Below, one piece after another: positions 40,153 through 49,259 of a stretch of DNA of 64,000 nt (position 1 is its first letter; every line of letters begins with the position of its first letter). The DNA comes from an uncultured Thermoleophilia bacterium. Lineage in GTDB: Bacteria; Actinomycetota; Thermoleophilia; Gaiellales; Gaiellaceae. The stretch covers positions 234,290-298,289 of the forward strand of contig CAVWIN010000003.1 of assembly GCA_963755085.1 (NCBI GenBank). Direction: 5' to 3'. Below the pieces are notes generated by a model. That model saw only the letters and a program-made list of their open reading frames with translations. It was not told where the DNA came from and did not search any database. The position numbers and the translations under genes are program-made.

Positions 40153-42065
40153 CCCCGCCGGAAGCTGGGCACCTGGCCCTCGATGCGCATGGCCGCGAGG
40201 CCGGCGCGCGGGAGGCCGAGCGCGCCCTCGTAGAGCAGGTAGCGCGGCACCCAGCGCGGGAAGAACTTGGCGTTGAAGCGGTAGAGGCTCTCGATCTGGA
40301 AGAACGGGTTCGCGAGCGTCACGAGCCGGGCAAGCGCGCGGTCACGCCGTGAGTGCGGGCTATGGAGGATGCGTGCGAAGGCGGCGAAGTTGAGCGAGAG
40401 CTCGTCCACGCCGCGCTCGCGGAGCAGCTCGATCGCGCGCACGGTGAGGAACTCCATGAGACCGTTCGGCGTGTCGGGGTCCCGGCGCATGTGCGACAGC
40501 GACATCGCCGCGCGGCCGTACGAGGGCACCAGGTGCAGGAAGCCGCGAATCTGCCCCTCGGCGTCACGCGCAGTCACGACGAGGCCGTCCGGGGCGTCGA
40601 TCTGGTCCATCGCCATCGAGAAGCCGCGCTCCGACGCGCCGGCGCGCCACAGCTCGGAGACGCGCTCGAGCTGGTCTCGATCGCAGGCGGCGACCGCGCC
40701 GGCGCCGCATACGGCGGCCGTGTATCCGGCCGCGTCGAGGCGGGTGACCGACTGGCGGACCTTGCGGATCGCCCGGCCCTCGAGCGAGAACGCGGCCGTG
40801 TCGACGATCGCCTCGTCGCCGATGTAGAACGGCCGCAGCCCGGCCTGCTCGTAGAGCGGCAGCAGCTCGGCGCCGGCACCGAGCACTGCGATCTTCAGGC
40901 CGCGGACCTCGGCGAAGGCGCACAGCTCGCGGAGCAGGCCGGGGATCGCGCCGCCCGGGCCGACCGGGTCGCCGGAGACGAGCAGCACGCCGCTCTCGAT
41001 GCGGTACGCGAGGAACGCGCGGCGGTCGGAAGCGAAGAAATGGTGGGTATCCCGGCGGAGCTTGAAGAACGAGAGCGTGTCCCGCCCGTGCGCACGCACG
41101 AGGTACAGCGCGGCGCGCCGGGCGTCGCGGCCCGGGAGCTGGTGCGGGGCGGCGAGCGGGCGGAAGAGCAGGTAGGCGGCCGCGACCAGCGTCCAGAGGC
41201 CGAGCAGCGGAACGCCGAGCCGCAGCCAGTCGAGGTCGCCGAGCGGCAGGCCGGTGTCGTTCCAGGTGAGCAGCGCGACCGTCTCTCGCAGGACGCCGAC
41301 CGTGCCGGCGCTCGTCGGTGCGGCGACCGCGACCGCGGCCAGGGCGATCGACCACGTCGCGCTGACGAGCAGCAGCCCCCGCCAGAGCGCGGACCGCCGC
41401 GTCAGCGGCTCGTGGTGCACGTTGAAGGCGTGGCGCGCCCACCAGAGGCCGGCGGCCAGCGCCCAGCAGAGCGTCGCCTCCTCGAAGTCGAGGCCCTTCA
41501 GCAGGTTGAGCGCGCCGAGGAGGACGAGCAGCACGACGGCGGCGTGGACGGCGCGGCGCCGGCGCCGCCAGAGGTAGAAGGCGACGACCGCGAGCCCGGC
41601 GCCCGCGGGCAGCGCGAGCGCATGAAACACCGGGATCGCCTCGGCCGGCTCGAAGCGGAGCAGCTGTGCGCGCCACGCGATCGTCGGTGTCAGCACCGAG
41701 GCGATGTTGACGGCCGCCGTCGCGAGCACGGCGAGGCCGGCGAGGGGCGGGAGATGCGGGCTGCGCCGTGCCGGGCGCAGCGCAGCGAAGCGCCGGTGGA
41801 TGCCCAGGCGCCACGTGGCCGTGTCGCGCTTCGACTCGAACAGGTCGCGCCAGTCCTTGATCACGAGCCACGCGGCCACCACGGCCGCCTCGGCGCTGTG
41901 CGCGGGCGAGACGACCCCGGCCAGGGCGACGCTGAGCGCGGCCACGAGCAGCGCAAGACCGACGGCACACTCGTGCACGCGATGGCCGAGCAGGTACACG
42001 CGCGGCCCGTAGCGGTGGCGCTCGATCCGCACGGCGGTGCGGAGGCGCTTGGCGGCGGACGCCAT
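40149..42065 (-). CDS. MprF-like membrane protein with C-terminal DUF2156 (aminoacyl-phosphatidylglycerol synthase-type) domain
   Basis: I place the start at ATG 42065. About 8 TM helices precede a cytoplasmic domain (FFKLRRDTHHFF, VSGDPVGP, YRFNAKFFPRW). Confidence 0.7.
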   Translation of the reverse strand: MASAAKRLRTAVRIERHRYGPRVYLLGHRVHECAVGLALLVAALSVALAGVVSPAHSAEAAVVAAWLVIKDWRDLFESKRDTATWRLGIHRRFAALRPARRSPHLPPLAGLAVLATAAVNIASVLTPTIAWRAQLLRFEPAEAIPVFHALALPAGAGLAVVAFYLWRRRRRAVHAAVVLLVLLGALNLLKGLDFEEATLCWALAAGLWWARHAFNVHHEPLTRRSALWRGLLLVSATWSIALAAVAVAAPTSAGTVGVLRETVALLTWNDTGLPLGDLDWLRLGVPLLGLWTLVAAAYLLFRPLAAPHQLPGRDARRAALYLVRAHGRDTLSFFKLRRDTHHFFASDRRAFLAYRIESGVLLVSGDPVGPGGAIPGLLRELCAFAEVRGLKIAVLGAGAELLPLYEQAGLRPFYIGDEAIVDTAAFSLEGRAIRKVRQSVTRLDAAGYTAAVCGAGAVAACDRDQLERVSELWRAGASERGFSMAMDQIDAPDGLVVTARDAEGQIRGFLHLVPSYGRAAMSLSHMRRDPDTPNGLMEFLTVRAIELLRERGVDELSLNFAAFARILHSPHSRRDRALARLVTLANPFFQIESLYRFNAKFFPRWVPRYLLYEGALGLPRAGLAAMRIEGQVPSFRRG

Positions 42066-42108
42066 GGCTCTCACCGTGCTGACGGCCTGGTGACGGCAAC
42101 CTGAACGG

Positions 42109-42804
42109 TCATCCGAGCCACTCAGGGTGATCAACGCCCGCGAGCTCCTGGATGCCGCCGAAGAGCTCCTGGACGATCGCAGTTCGGCAGACCGCGACGC
42201 GGCACGTGCCGTAGGGCAGTCGCCCGCGCCATTTCCGTTTTGACGCACGCGAGTAGCGGTTGATCACATGGGCGTTGAGGCACCGTCGAGGCAGACTTAA
42301 CGTCTGCAGCCAAAAGTCCTCGATCTCGCGGACGCGACGCTCGTGGTCGGCGAACAGATGCAGCCGCACGCTGACCATGTCGTCGTCAAGTGCGAACGAC
42401 GCGCGCATCAAATCGAGGAAGTAGCGAATCATCCCAGGATCGGCGTTCGTGAAACGGACGGCGTCTCGGCCCTTGTCGCCTTCGCCCCAGTAGAGCGCGC
42501 ATGCCACAGCGAACGCCGCGTCGCCGGCTGCTACCCGCTGCCGGCCCAGCGCCTGGTACTCGCGGCGACGCTCGCGACTCCGCTCGGCGTTAGCCCTCGC
42601 ACCGTTCATCTGACCGTTCAGGGAGGGGTTTCGCGCATCGAGCGCGGCGCTCTGAGCGGCGGTCAGCGGGACTTCGCGAAGCCAGACGCTCGCCGTTCCA
42701 CGAGACACTCCGACCGCCACCGCCACTTGCCGCACAGAGAGACCCTGTTCACGACGGAGACGGACGGCCAGCTCACGTTCGACTGTTTTCATTTTTGAAA
42801 ACAT
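42109..42804 (-). CDS. HTH-domain protein with LAGLIDADG-like C-terminal domain (homing-endonuclease-like), atypical codon usage
   Basis: The N-terminal HTH is GLSVRQVAVAVGVSRGTASVWL. ALYWGEGDKGRDAVRFTNADPGMIRYFLDLM resembles a single LAGLIDADG motif. The 5' end is AT-rich and GC3 is low. It lies 22 nt downstream of tRNA-Gly. Confidence 0.55.
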   Translation of the reverse strand: MFSKMKTVERELAVRLRREQGLSVRQVAVAVGVSRGTASVWLREVPLTAAQSAALDARNPSLNGQMNGARANAERSRERRREYQALGRQRVAAGDAAFAVACALYWGEGDKGRDAVRFTNADPGMIRYFLDLMRASFALDDDMVSVRLHLFADHERRVREIEDFWLQTLSLPRRCLNAHVINRYSRASKRKWRGRLPYGTCRVAVCRTAIVQELFGGIQELAGVDHPEWLG

Positions 42805-42826
42805 ATCGAGGTCGCCGGACGACGGA

Positions 42827-42897
42827 AGCGGGCGGCGGGAATCGAACCCGCGTAGCTTGATTGGAAGTCAAGGGCTCTGCCACTGAGCTACGCCCGC
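42827..42897 (-). tRNA. tRNA-Gly (anticodon TCC)
   Basis: The sequence is GCGGGCGTAGCTCAGTGGCAGAGC, with anticodon loop cuUCCaa and T-loop GGTTCGATTCC. Confidence 0.9.
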
Positions 42898-42917
42898 GCT
42901 GGACGTAGCCTAGCCCG

Positions 42918-43670
42918 GTGCGCCCCGATCCCTACGCGTGGGCGCCGCATCCTGAAGTCCTCGCCGGCGTCGTCCTGATCGCCTTCGCGTACGCGGCCGC
43001 TCGCCCGCGCTTCCACCCGTCGCGCGCGCGAACCGCGGCCTTCGCGAGCGGCCTGGCGATGATCGCCGTCGCGGTCGCGAGCCCGCTCCACTCGCTCTCG
43101 TTCCACCTGCTCTCGATGCACCTCCTCCAGAACGTCGTGCTGGCCGAGTGGGCGCCCGCGCTGCTCGTGCTCGGCATCCCGCCGGCGATGGCGGCCGCGA
43201 TGGGCGGCAACGCCGTCGTGCGCGCGCTGACCTACCCGCCGGTCGCGCTCGGGACGTGGCTCGTCGTCTACTTCACCTGGCACATCCCCCCGGTCTACGA
43301 CACCGCGCTCCGCCACCCCGACTCGCTGCTCCACCTCGAACACCTCTGTTACGTGCTGGCCGGCTGCCTGCTCTGGTGGCCGGTGATCCAGAGCGCGCCA
43401 CACGACCTCTCCACCGGCGGCCGGGCCGTCTACGTCTTCGCCGCGTTCGTGCTCGGCAGCCCGCTCGGGCTCCTCCTGACCCTGCTCCCGAGCCCCGCAT
43501 ACGACTTCTACGAGCACGGCCGCGTCTGGGGGCTGTCGCAGATCGGCGACCAGCAGATCGCGGGCGGCACGATGGTCGCCGAGCAGTCGGTCGTCTTCTT
43601 CGCGGTGTTCGCCTTCCTCTTCTTCCGCTTCCTGGCCGAGGAAGAGCACCGCGACGAATTCGAGGGCTGA
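42918..43670 (+). CDS. ctaG: cytochrome c oxidase assembly factor CtaG (caa3-type)
   Basis: This 250-aa polytopic protein contains HLLSMHLLQNVVLAEWAPALLVLG and WWPVI motifs. Confidence 0.75.
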   Translation: MRPDPYAWAPHPEVLAGVVLIAFAYAAARPRFHPSRARTAAFASGLAMIAVAVASPLHSLSFHLLSMHLLQNVVLAEWAPALLVLGIPPAMAAAMGGNAVVRALTYPPVALGTWLVVYFTWHIPPVYDTALRHPDSLLHLEHLCYVLAGCLLWWPVIQSAPHDLSTGGRAVYVFAAFVLGSPLGLLLTLLPSPAYDFYEHGRVWGLSQIGDQQIAGGTMVAEQSVVFFAVFAFLFFRFLAEEEHRDEFEG

Positions 43671-43705
43671 CCGCAAGTCCGGCGGCGCAGCGGCATCTAT
43701 CCATG

Positions 43706-43747
43706 GACCGGGCGGCGCGTTTCGGGGGAGATCGATGCCGCCCGGTC
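43706..43747 (+). terminator. perfect 11-bp hairpin 36 nt after ctaG stop
   Basis: The hairpin is GACCGGGCGGC-20 nt-GCCGCCCGGTC. It is the first of five hairpins in the 375-nt gap. Confidence 0.35.
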
Positions 43748-44044
43748 TCTGCCCTCCCTCCCACCGGGCGGCCCAACGGCAGCCGCCTGGCGCTGCGAAA
43801 AGGGCGCGCCCCGGCGAGGGGGGTTCTGATGACGCCGGGGCGCTGGGAGCTGGGCGCGGGGCTGCGGCGCCCCCACGCCCAGGACACCCGGACGGAGAAA
43901 GGGGCAGAACGTCCGGGATGCCGGGAGTGTCACGGCGTGATCGGACGTTGCCCGCGCAGGCGGCATGCGGGAAGATCGGGACCTTGCACTCCGTCCAGGG
44001 GTGTAGATCGGCGCCCCTTGCCGATCGCAACGAAAGGAGGCGTT

Positions 44045-44878
44045 GTGCAGGAGCTCAACGCACAGGCCACGCTCGTCGACCCGGCCGGCATCGAGGGAGG
44101 CCTCACCACGACGATCGCGCGGAGTGAGATCGAGGGCGCCTTGGGCGACGAGGCGCCGCCGCAGCTCGAGCTCGACGTGCGGCGCGGGCCGGACGCGCAG
44201 ACGGTTGCAGTCACGTGGACTCGGGAGGACCTCGAGCGGCTCCTCGCGGAGGCGACCTCGGATCAGGTCACGCTCACGTTCGACCGCGGCGTGATCGAGC
44301 AGGCGTTCGACGACGTCGAGGCCCACGGGCTGCGCGGCAAGGCCGCGGTCATCGCGGTGGCCGTATCGGCCGCAGCGGGGCTGGCAGGCAGCGCGTCGGC
44401 GATGCCGATGGGCGAAGGCGGCGGCTCCGCAGCGGTCTCGGCCGCGCGCGTCGCCGACCCGACCTCGGGCGGCGTCGACCCGTGGCAGTTCAACGTCGCA
44501 GAGTCGTCGGGCGCGGCGGCCGCCGCCGCGAACCCGAAGGCGGGCCAGGATCCCTGGCAGTACAACCTCGGCAACCAGGCGGATGCCGCGCGCACGCCGG
44601 CCGCCGCGAACCCGAAGGCGGCGCAGGACCCCTGGCAGTACAACCTCGGCACCTCGGCGGACTCGTCCCCTGCCGCGGCCAATCCGAAGGCGGGCATGGA
44701 CCCGTGGCAGTACAACCTCACGTCCGAGACCGGCTCGTCCGGAGTCTCGGCTTCCGGTGACTCGTCGGTTATCGGCGACGTCGCGCCGATTGTCGGCGCA
44801 GCGGGCCTCGGGGCGGTACTGCTCATCGCGGGTGCAGCGTTCGTGACCTCGAACCGCCGCCGCGTCCCGGCCACGTAG
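44045..44878 (+). CDS. two-TM protein with NPKAGQDPWQYNL tandem repeats
   Basis: The SD AAAGGAGG lies 5 nt before the GTG at 44045. An N-terminal soluble domain is followed by a TM segment, then three NPKA(G/A)(Q/M)DPWQYNL repeats plus one GGVDPWQFNV, then a C-terminal TM segment and an NRRRVPAT tail. Confidence 0.6.
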   Translation: MQELNAQATLVDPAGIEGGLTTTIARSEIEGALGDEAPPQLELDVRRGPDAQTVAVTWTREDLERLLAEATSDQVTLTFDRGVIEQAFDDVEAHGLRGKAAVIAVAVSAAAGLAGSASAMPMGEGGGSAAVSAARVADPTSGGVDPWQFNVAESSGAAAAAANPKAGQDPWQYNLGNQADAARTPAAANPKAAQDPWQYNLGTSADSSPAAANPKAGMDPWQYNLTSETGSSGVSASGDSSVIGDVAPIVGAAGLGAVLLIAGAAFVTSNRRRVPAT

Positions 44879-44935
44879 GCGGCGTGTCTCTCGCCGGGGC
44901 GCGCACTGCGCGCCCCGGCTACGCCTGTCGCACGA

Positions 44936-45010
44936 TCGGGGCGGCCGGATTCGAACCGGCGACTTCTGCGTCCCAAACGCAGCACTCTGACCAGACTGAG
45001 CTACGCCCCG
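44936..45010 (-). tRNA. tRNA-Pro (anticodon TGG)
   Basis: The sequence is CGGGGCGTAGCTCAGTCTGGTCAGAGT, with anticodon loop uuUGGga and T-loop GGTTCGAATCC. Confidence 0.9.
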
Positions 45011-45025
45011 TTGGCGCCTCCCAGT

Positions 45026-45487
45026 CTAGGTGGCGCCGCGCGTCCCGATCCCGTCGCCGGTGATCAGCTGCCGCAGCTCCGCGATGCGCTCGTGCCGGAT
45101 CGCCGGTCCCTCGCCGCGCGAGATGCGCGCAAGCAGGTCCTCGATCAGCGCCGCGAGCTCCACCGGGTTAAACGGCTTCGTCAGATAGGCGATGCCGCCC
45201 GCCTCGAGGCCGCGCTCGCGGTCGCGGAAATCGGCGCGCGCGGTCAGGAAGACGATCGGGATGTCCTTCGTCCGCTCGTCGGCGACGAGTTCCTCGGCGA
45301 CCTGCCAGCCGTCGAGCCCGGGCATCATCACGTCGAGCAGGATCACGTCCGGCCGGACGCTCCGCGCCTGCTCGAGGCCTGTGCGCCCGTCGGCCGCCTC
45401 GTCGACCTGCATCCGCTCCGCCTCGAGGTTGACGCGGCAGAGCAGCCGGATCGCGGCCTCGTCATCGATTACGAGCACCCGCGTCAC
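45026..45487 (-). CDS. single-domain response regulator (receiver only)
   Basis: VLVIDDE, DVILLDVMMPGLDG and AYLTKPF are receiver motifs. It lies 10 nt downstream of the kinase gene. Confidence 0.9.
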   Translation of the reverse strand: MTRVLVIDDEAAIRLLCRVNLEAERMQVDEAADGRTGLEQARSVRPDVILLDVMMPGLDGWQVAEELVADERTKDIPIVFLTARADFRDRERGLEAGGIAYLTKPFNPVELAALIEDLLARISRGEGPAIRHERIAELRQLITGDGIGTRGAT

Positions 45488-45496
45488 GAACGTCCC

Positions 45497-48400
45497 TTAT
45501 ACCCGTGGGTCCTGTCGTCCAACCGTGACGCCCTCGCGGGAGCGCCCGCGCGCGACCGGCAGCTCGAACACGAAGCTCGCGCCCTGGCCGGAATCCGAGT
45601 CGACCCAGATCCGCCCGCCCATCGCGCGCACGAGGCCCTGGACGATGAAGAGGCCGAGCCCGGAGCCGCTCGTCGCGTCGGCGGAGCGGTAGAACTTCCG
45701 GAAGATCCGCTCGTGCTCGTCGGGCGGGATCCCGATGCCCTCGTCGGTCACGCGGAGCTCGACGGCGTCCGGCCGCCGCCGCGCGGCCAGCGTCACGGTC
45801 CCGCCGGCGGGCGAGTACTTGACGGCGTTGTCGACCAGTGCGTCGAGGATCTGGCGCAGCTTGTCCCGGTCGACCGAGGCGTCCAGCGGCTCCTCCGGCA
45901 CCTCCAGCACGAAGCGGTGGCCGTTCAGCGCGCTGCCCTCGAACGTCTCGACCGCCTCGGTCATCACCGAACGGACATCGGTTGGCGTCAGCTCGACCTC
46001 GAGGTCGCCGGCGTCGAGCCGGGCCACGCTGAGCAGCTGGTCGACGATCGTCGTCAGGCGCGCAGCCTCGGCGGCGATGTAGCCGAGGAAGGTGCGCCGC
46101 TCCTCCTCCGAGAACAGCACGTCGCGGCGCAGGAGCGTCTCCGAGAAGCCGTAGATCGACGTCAGCGGGCGGCGCAGCTCCTGCGAGACCGTCGAGACGA
46201 ACGTCGTCTTCATCTGCTCGACGATGCGGTCCGCGGACACGTCGCGGAAGGCGAAGATCCGGCCCGCGGACGCGCCCGTCGGGTCGTGCATCGCCGCCTC
46301 GCTCACGGACAGCCAGACCTGCTCGCCCGCGCGCGGCAGCGGCACGAGCCGGTCGCCGCCGCCCTCGCCGGCGGCGAGGTCACGGCCGAGGACGCGCACG
46401 AGCGGCCGCCCCAGCGCCTCGCTCTCGGGGACGCCCGTCACCCGCTCGGCGGCGCGGTTCCACAGCACGATCAGCCCGGCCGGGTCGACGGCGACGATGC
46501 CGTCGGCGACGTTGCCGAGAACTGCATCGAGGCGCTCCTTCTCGATCGCGACCTGCTGGTAGAGCTCGGCGTTCGCGAGGACGGCGGCCGCGTTGCCGGC
46601 GAGCGCGACCAGTGCCTCGGTCTCCTCGTCACGCCACTCGCGCGGCTCGCGCGCGTAGACGGCGAGCGTCCCGCGCAGGTCGCCCTCGGTCGCGTAGAGC
46701 GGCACGCCGAGGAACGCGCGCCGGCCTGAGGCGAGGATCGCGTCGTCGTCCGAGGCGACGCCGGCCCGCTCGGCGTCCACGAGCGTCAACGGTGTCCGCG
46801 CCTGCACGACGTCGCCGGCAGGCGTCCCGGCCAGCGGGCTGCGCACGCCGCGCGCCGCCTCGGTGCCGTTTCCGGCGACGGCGGCCGTTACGAGCTCGTC
46901 GCCGTCCAGCACGTAGATGGCTGCGGCGTCCACGCCGAGCAGCGCCGGCGCCTGGCCCACGAGCTCCTCGAGCACGGCCGCCGGGTCGAGCTCCGTCGCC
47001 AAGAGGCCGCCGGTGCGCGCGAGCTGCTGCGCGAGCGCGCGCGAGGTGCGCTCGCGCTCGAAGAGCTCACTGCGCTCGAGCGCGCCGCGGGCCGCGCCGG
47101 CGAGGTGCCGCGCGAGGGCGAGGTCGTCGTCGGTCAGCTGCCTGACCTCCCGGAACATGACCAGCACGCCGCCGTGCTCGCGGCGCCGTGGGAGGCCGAA
47201 GGGTGTGACGAGCAGGGCGTGGTAACCGGCCTCGCTCGCGAAGGCCCGGAACGCCTCCGGGAGCCGCTCGTCGCCGGCGATCTCGGAGGCCGCCAGGACG
47301 CGACCGCCGCGGACGGCGTCCGCGAGTGCCCGGACGCCGGTCAGTTGCGCCGCCATCGCGGCCGCCTCGCCCGGCTGGAGCTCGTGCGCGCCGGCCAGCT
47401 CGAGCCGGTCGTCCGCGGGCATGAGCACGGCGCCGAAGGAGGCCGCGAACGCCTCGCACGCCGCGTGGGCGAGCGCCTCGTACGCCGCCGCCGACGAGAC
47501 GGGCTCGCCGAGCAGCGCCGCGATGCGGTAGAAGCCGCGCTCGATCCGCGCCTGGCGCTCGCTGCGCTCGAAGCGCTCGGCGTTCGCGAGGCCCAGCGAG
47601 GCAAGCCCGGCGAACGTCTCCAGCACCTGCGCATCCGCCTCGGTGAACTCGCGCGTCTCCGAGCGCGACCCGATTCCGATTACCCCGCGCGTCGCGCCGG
47701 CCCAGACGAGCGGCGCGGCCATGCCGGCGTTGAAGCCTCGATACGCGGGGTGCCCGACCGGCATGGAGACGCGCTCGTACTCGGCCGAGCGCACCGTGCG
47801 GCCCAGCTCGAGCGCCTTGCCCGAGAGCCCCGCCCGCCGGTCGAGCTCCCAGCCGATCACCTCGGGGCCGAGCCCGTACTCCGCGACGCAGCGCAGCGCG
47901 CCGCCCGCCTCGTCCTCGATGAAGAGGTCGGCGCCGTCGGCCTCGAGCAGCTTCACCAGCTCGCCGACCAGGCGTTCGAGGACGGCATCCAGCCGCAGCT
48001 CGCCGGTGACCGCCGCGGCCGCCTCCAGCAGGCCGCCCTGCTGTTCGACGCGCCGCCGGTCCTCGTCCAGCAGACGCGTCGTGTGGATCGCCAGCCCGGC
48101 CTCGCGCGCGACGGCCTCGGCCAGCGCGACCTCCTCGTCGGCCCACTCGCTCACGGTGGCGCGGTGCAGGCCGAACACACCGATGACGTCGTCGAAGACA
48201 ACGATCGGCGTGGCCAGCACGGCCCGCACGCCGAGCGCGCGCAGAAGGTCGACGTCGCCCAGTGCGGGGTCGTGCAGTTCGACGGCGGCCTCCACGTCCG
48301 AGACGCGCACCGTCCGCCGCTCGCGGACGGCCAGGTTGAGCGCCGGCAGGCGCGCCGCGCCCGGGCCGACTGGATCGACACCCGGCGCCTCCCACTCCGC

Positions 48401-49216
48401 GACGTCGCGCGCCTCCCCGAAACCGCCGAGCCGGACGAATGCGCGGCTGACGCCGACCGCGCGCCCGAGCTCCTCGGCAGCGATGCGCAGGACGGCGTCG
48501 AGATCCAGCTCGGAGCGGACGCGGCGGCCGATACGCGCAACCAGCTGCTCACGCGCGAGCGCCTCCTCGAGCGCAGTGGCCGAGCGAACCCGGGCGAGCG
48601 CGAGCGCCGCCTCGGCTGCAAGCGCCTGGAGGAGCGCGAGCTCCTCCGCTGTGAACGGCCGCTGCTGCTCGCTGGCGACGACGAGCACGGCCCGGATCGC
48701 GCCCTCGGCCGCGACAGGGACGAAGACCGCCGTCTTCGCCTTCACCTGCTCGGCGAGGCGTGGGCTGACGAGCGACGACGAGGCGACGTCGTCGACGGCG
48801 ATCGCGCGGCCCTCGCGCGCAGCCGTGGCGATCCCGGACGGCTCACTGTCGAGGTGGACCCGCATCGACGGCCACCAGTCCTCGATCTCGGGCCGCCCAC
48901 GTGCGATCAGACCGCGCGCCCGGCGGGCGGCATCGTCGACGAGGGCGACCGCGGCGAAGTCGGCGCTGACGGTGTCGAACACCGCGTCCACCAGCCGCCG
49001 CGCGGTCTCCTGCGCGTCCGCGGCGGCCCCGAGCCCCTCCGAGAGCTGCGAGACGGCGCCGAGCTCGCGGTCGACCTCGGTGCGCCGGCGCGCGGCCTGC
49101 GCGCGGCCGACCCGGCGCTCGCGGAGCCAGAGCACAAGCAGGGCGATCGCGAGCACGCCCGCGACGGCCATCAGGACGCGCTCGGTCGAGGTCGTCGCGG
49201 CGATGACGTGCACCAC
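45497..49216 (-). CDS. multi-GAF/PAS sensor histidine kinase-like protein with Gln at the H-box position
   Basis: An N-terminal TM segment precedes repeated GAF-like modules, a PAS domain, a DHp H-box reading FVSTVSQELRRPLTSIYGF, and the N (DNAVKYS), G1 (DEGIGI) and G2 (GSGLGL) boxes. Confidence 0.9.
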   Translation of the reverse strand: MVHVIAATTSTERVLMAVAGVLAIALLVLWLRERRVGRAQAARRRTEVDRELGAVSQLSEGLGAAADAQETARRLVDAVFDTVSADFAAVALVDDAARRARGLIARGRPEIEDWWPSMRVHLDSEPSGIATAAREGRAIAVDDVASSSLVSPRLAEQVKAKTAVFVPVAAEGAIRAVLVVASEQQRPFTAEELALLQALAAEAALALARVRSATALEEALAREQLVARIGRRVRSELDLDAVLRIAAEELGRAVGVSRAFVRLGGFGEARDVAEWEAPGVDPVGPGAARLPALNLAVRERRTVRVSDVEAAVELHDPALGDVDLLRALGVRAVLATPIVVFDDVIGVFGLHRATVSEWADEEVALAEAVAREAGLAIHTTRLLDEDRRRVEQQGGLLEAAAAVTGELRLDAVLERLVGELVKLLEADGADLFIEDEAGGALRCVAEYGLGPEVIGWELDRRAGLSGKALELGRTVRSAEYERVSMPVGHPAYRGFNAGMAAPLVWAGATRGVIGIGSRSETREFTEADAQVLETFAGLASLGLANAERFERSERQARIERGFYRIAALLGEPVSSAAAYEALAHAACEAFAASFGAVLMPADDRLELAGAHELQPGEAAAMAAQLTGVRALADAVRGGRVLAASEIAGDERLPEAFRAFASEAGYHALLVTPFGLPRRREHGGVLVMFREVRQLTDDDLALARHLAGAARGALERSELFERERTSRALAQQLARTGGLLATELDPAAVLEELVGQAPALLGVDAAAIYVLDGDELVTAAVAGNGTEAARGVRSPLAGTPAGDVVQARTPLTLVDAERAGVASDDDAILASGRRAFLGVPLYATEGDLRGTLAVYAREPREWRDEETEALVALAGNAAAVLANAELYQQVAIEKERLDAVLGNVADGIVAVDPAGLIVLWNRAAERVTGVPESEALGRPLVRVLGRDLAAGEGGGDRLVPLPRAGEQVWLSVSEAAMHDPTGASAGRIFAFRDVSADRIVEQMKTTFVSTVSQELRRPLTSIYGFSETLLRRDVLFSEEERRTFLGYIAAEAARLTTIVDQLLSVARLDAGDLEVELTPTDVRSVMTEAVETFEGSALNGHRFVLEVPEEPLDASVDRDKLRQILDALVDNAVKYSPAGGTVTLAARRRPDAVELRVTDEGIGIPPDEHERIFRKFYRSADATSGSGLGLFIVQGLVRAMGGRIWVDSDSGQGASFVFELPVARGRSREGVTVGRQDPRV

Positions 49217-49259
49217 CCGAAATGATAAGAGCGGAGGAGCACCGGGCTACACTCGCTGG

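Noticed and set aside
43148-44044. The N-terminal 299 codons of the 576-aa ORF 43148-44878.
   Set aside because: This part overlaps ctaG in another frame and runs through the hairpin-rich spacer. A strong SD and a GTG at 44045 define the real start.
47643-49259. The N-terminal 539 codons of ORF 47643-50216.
   Set aside because: This part is antisense to the histidine-kinase gene and is Ser/Ala/Arg-rich. IspH starts at ATG 49260.
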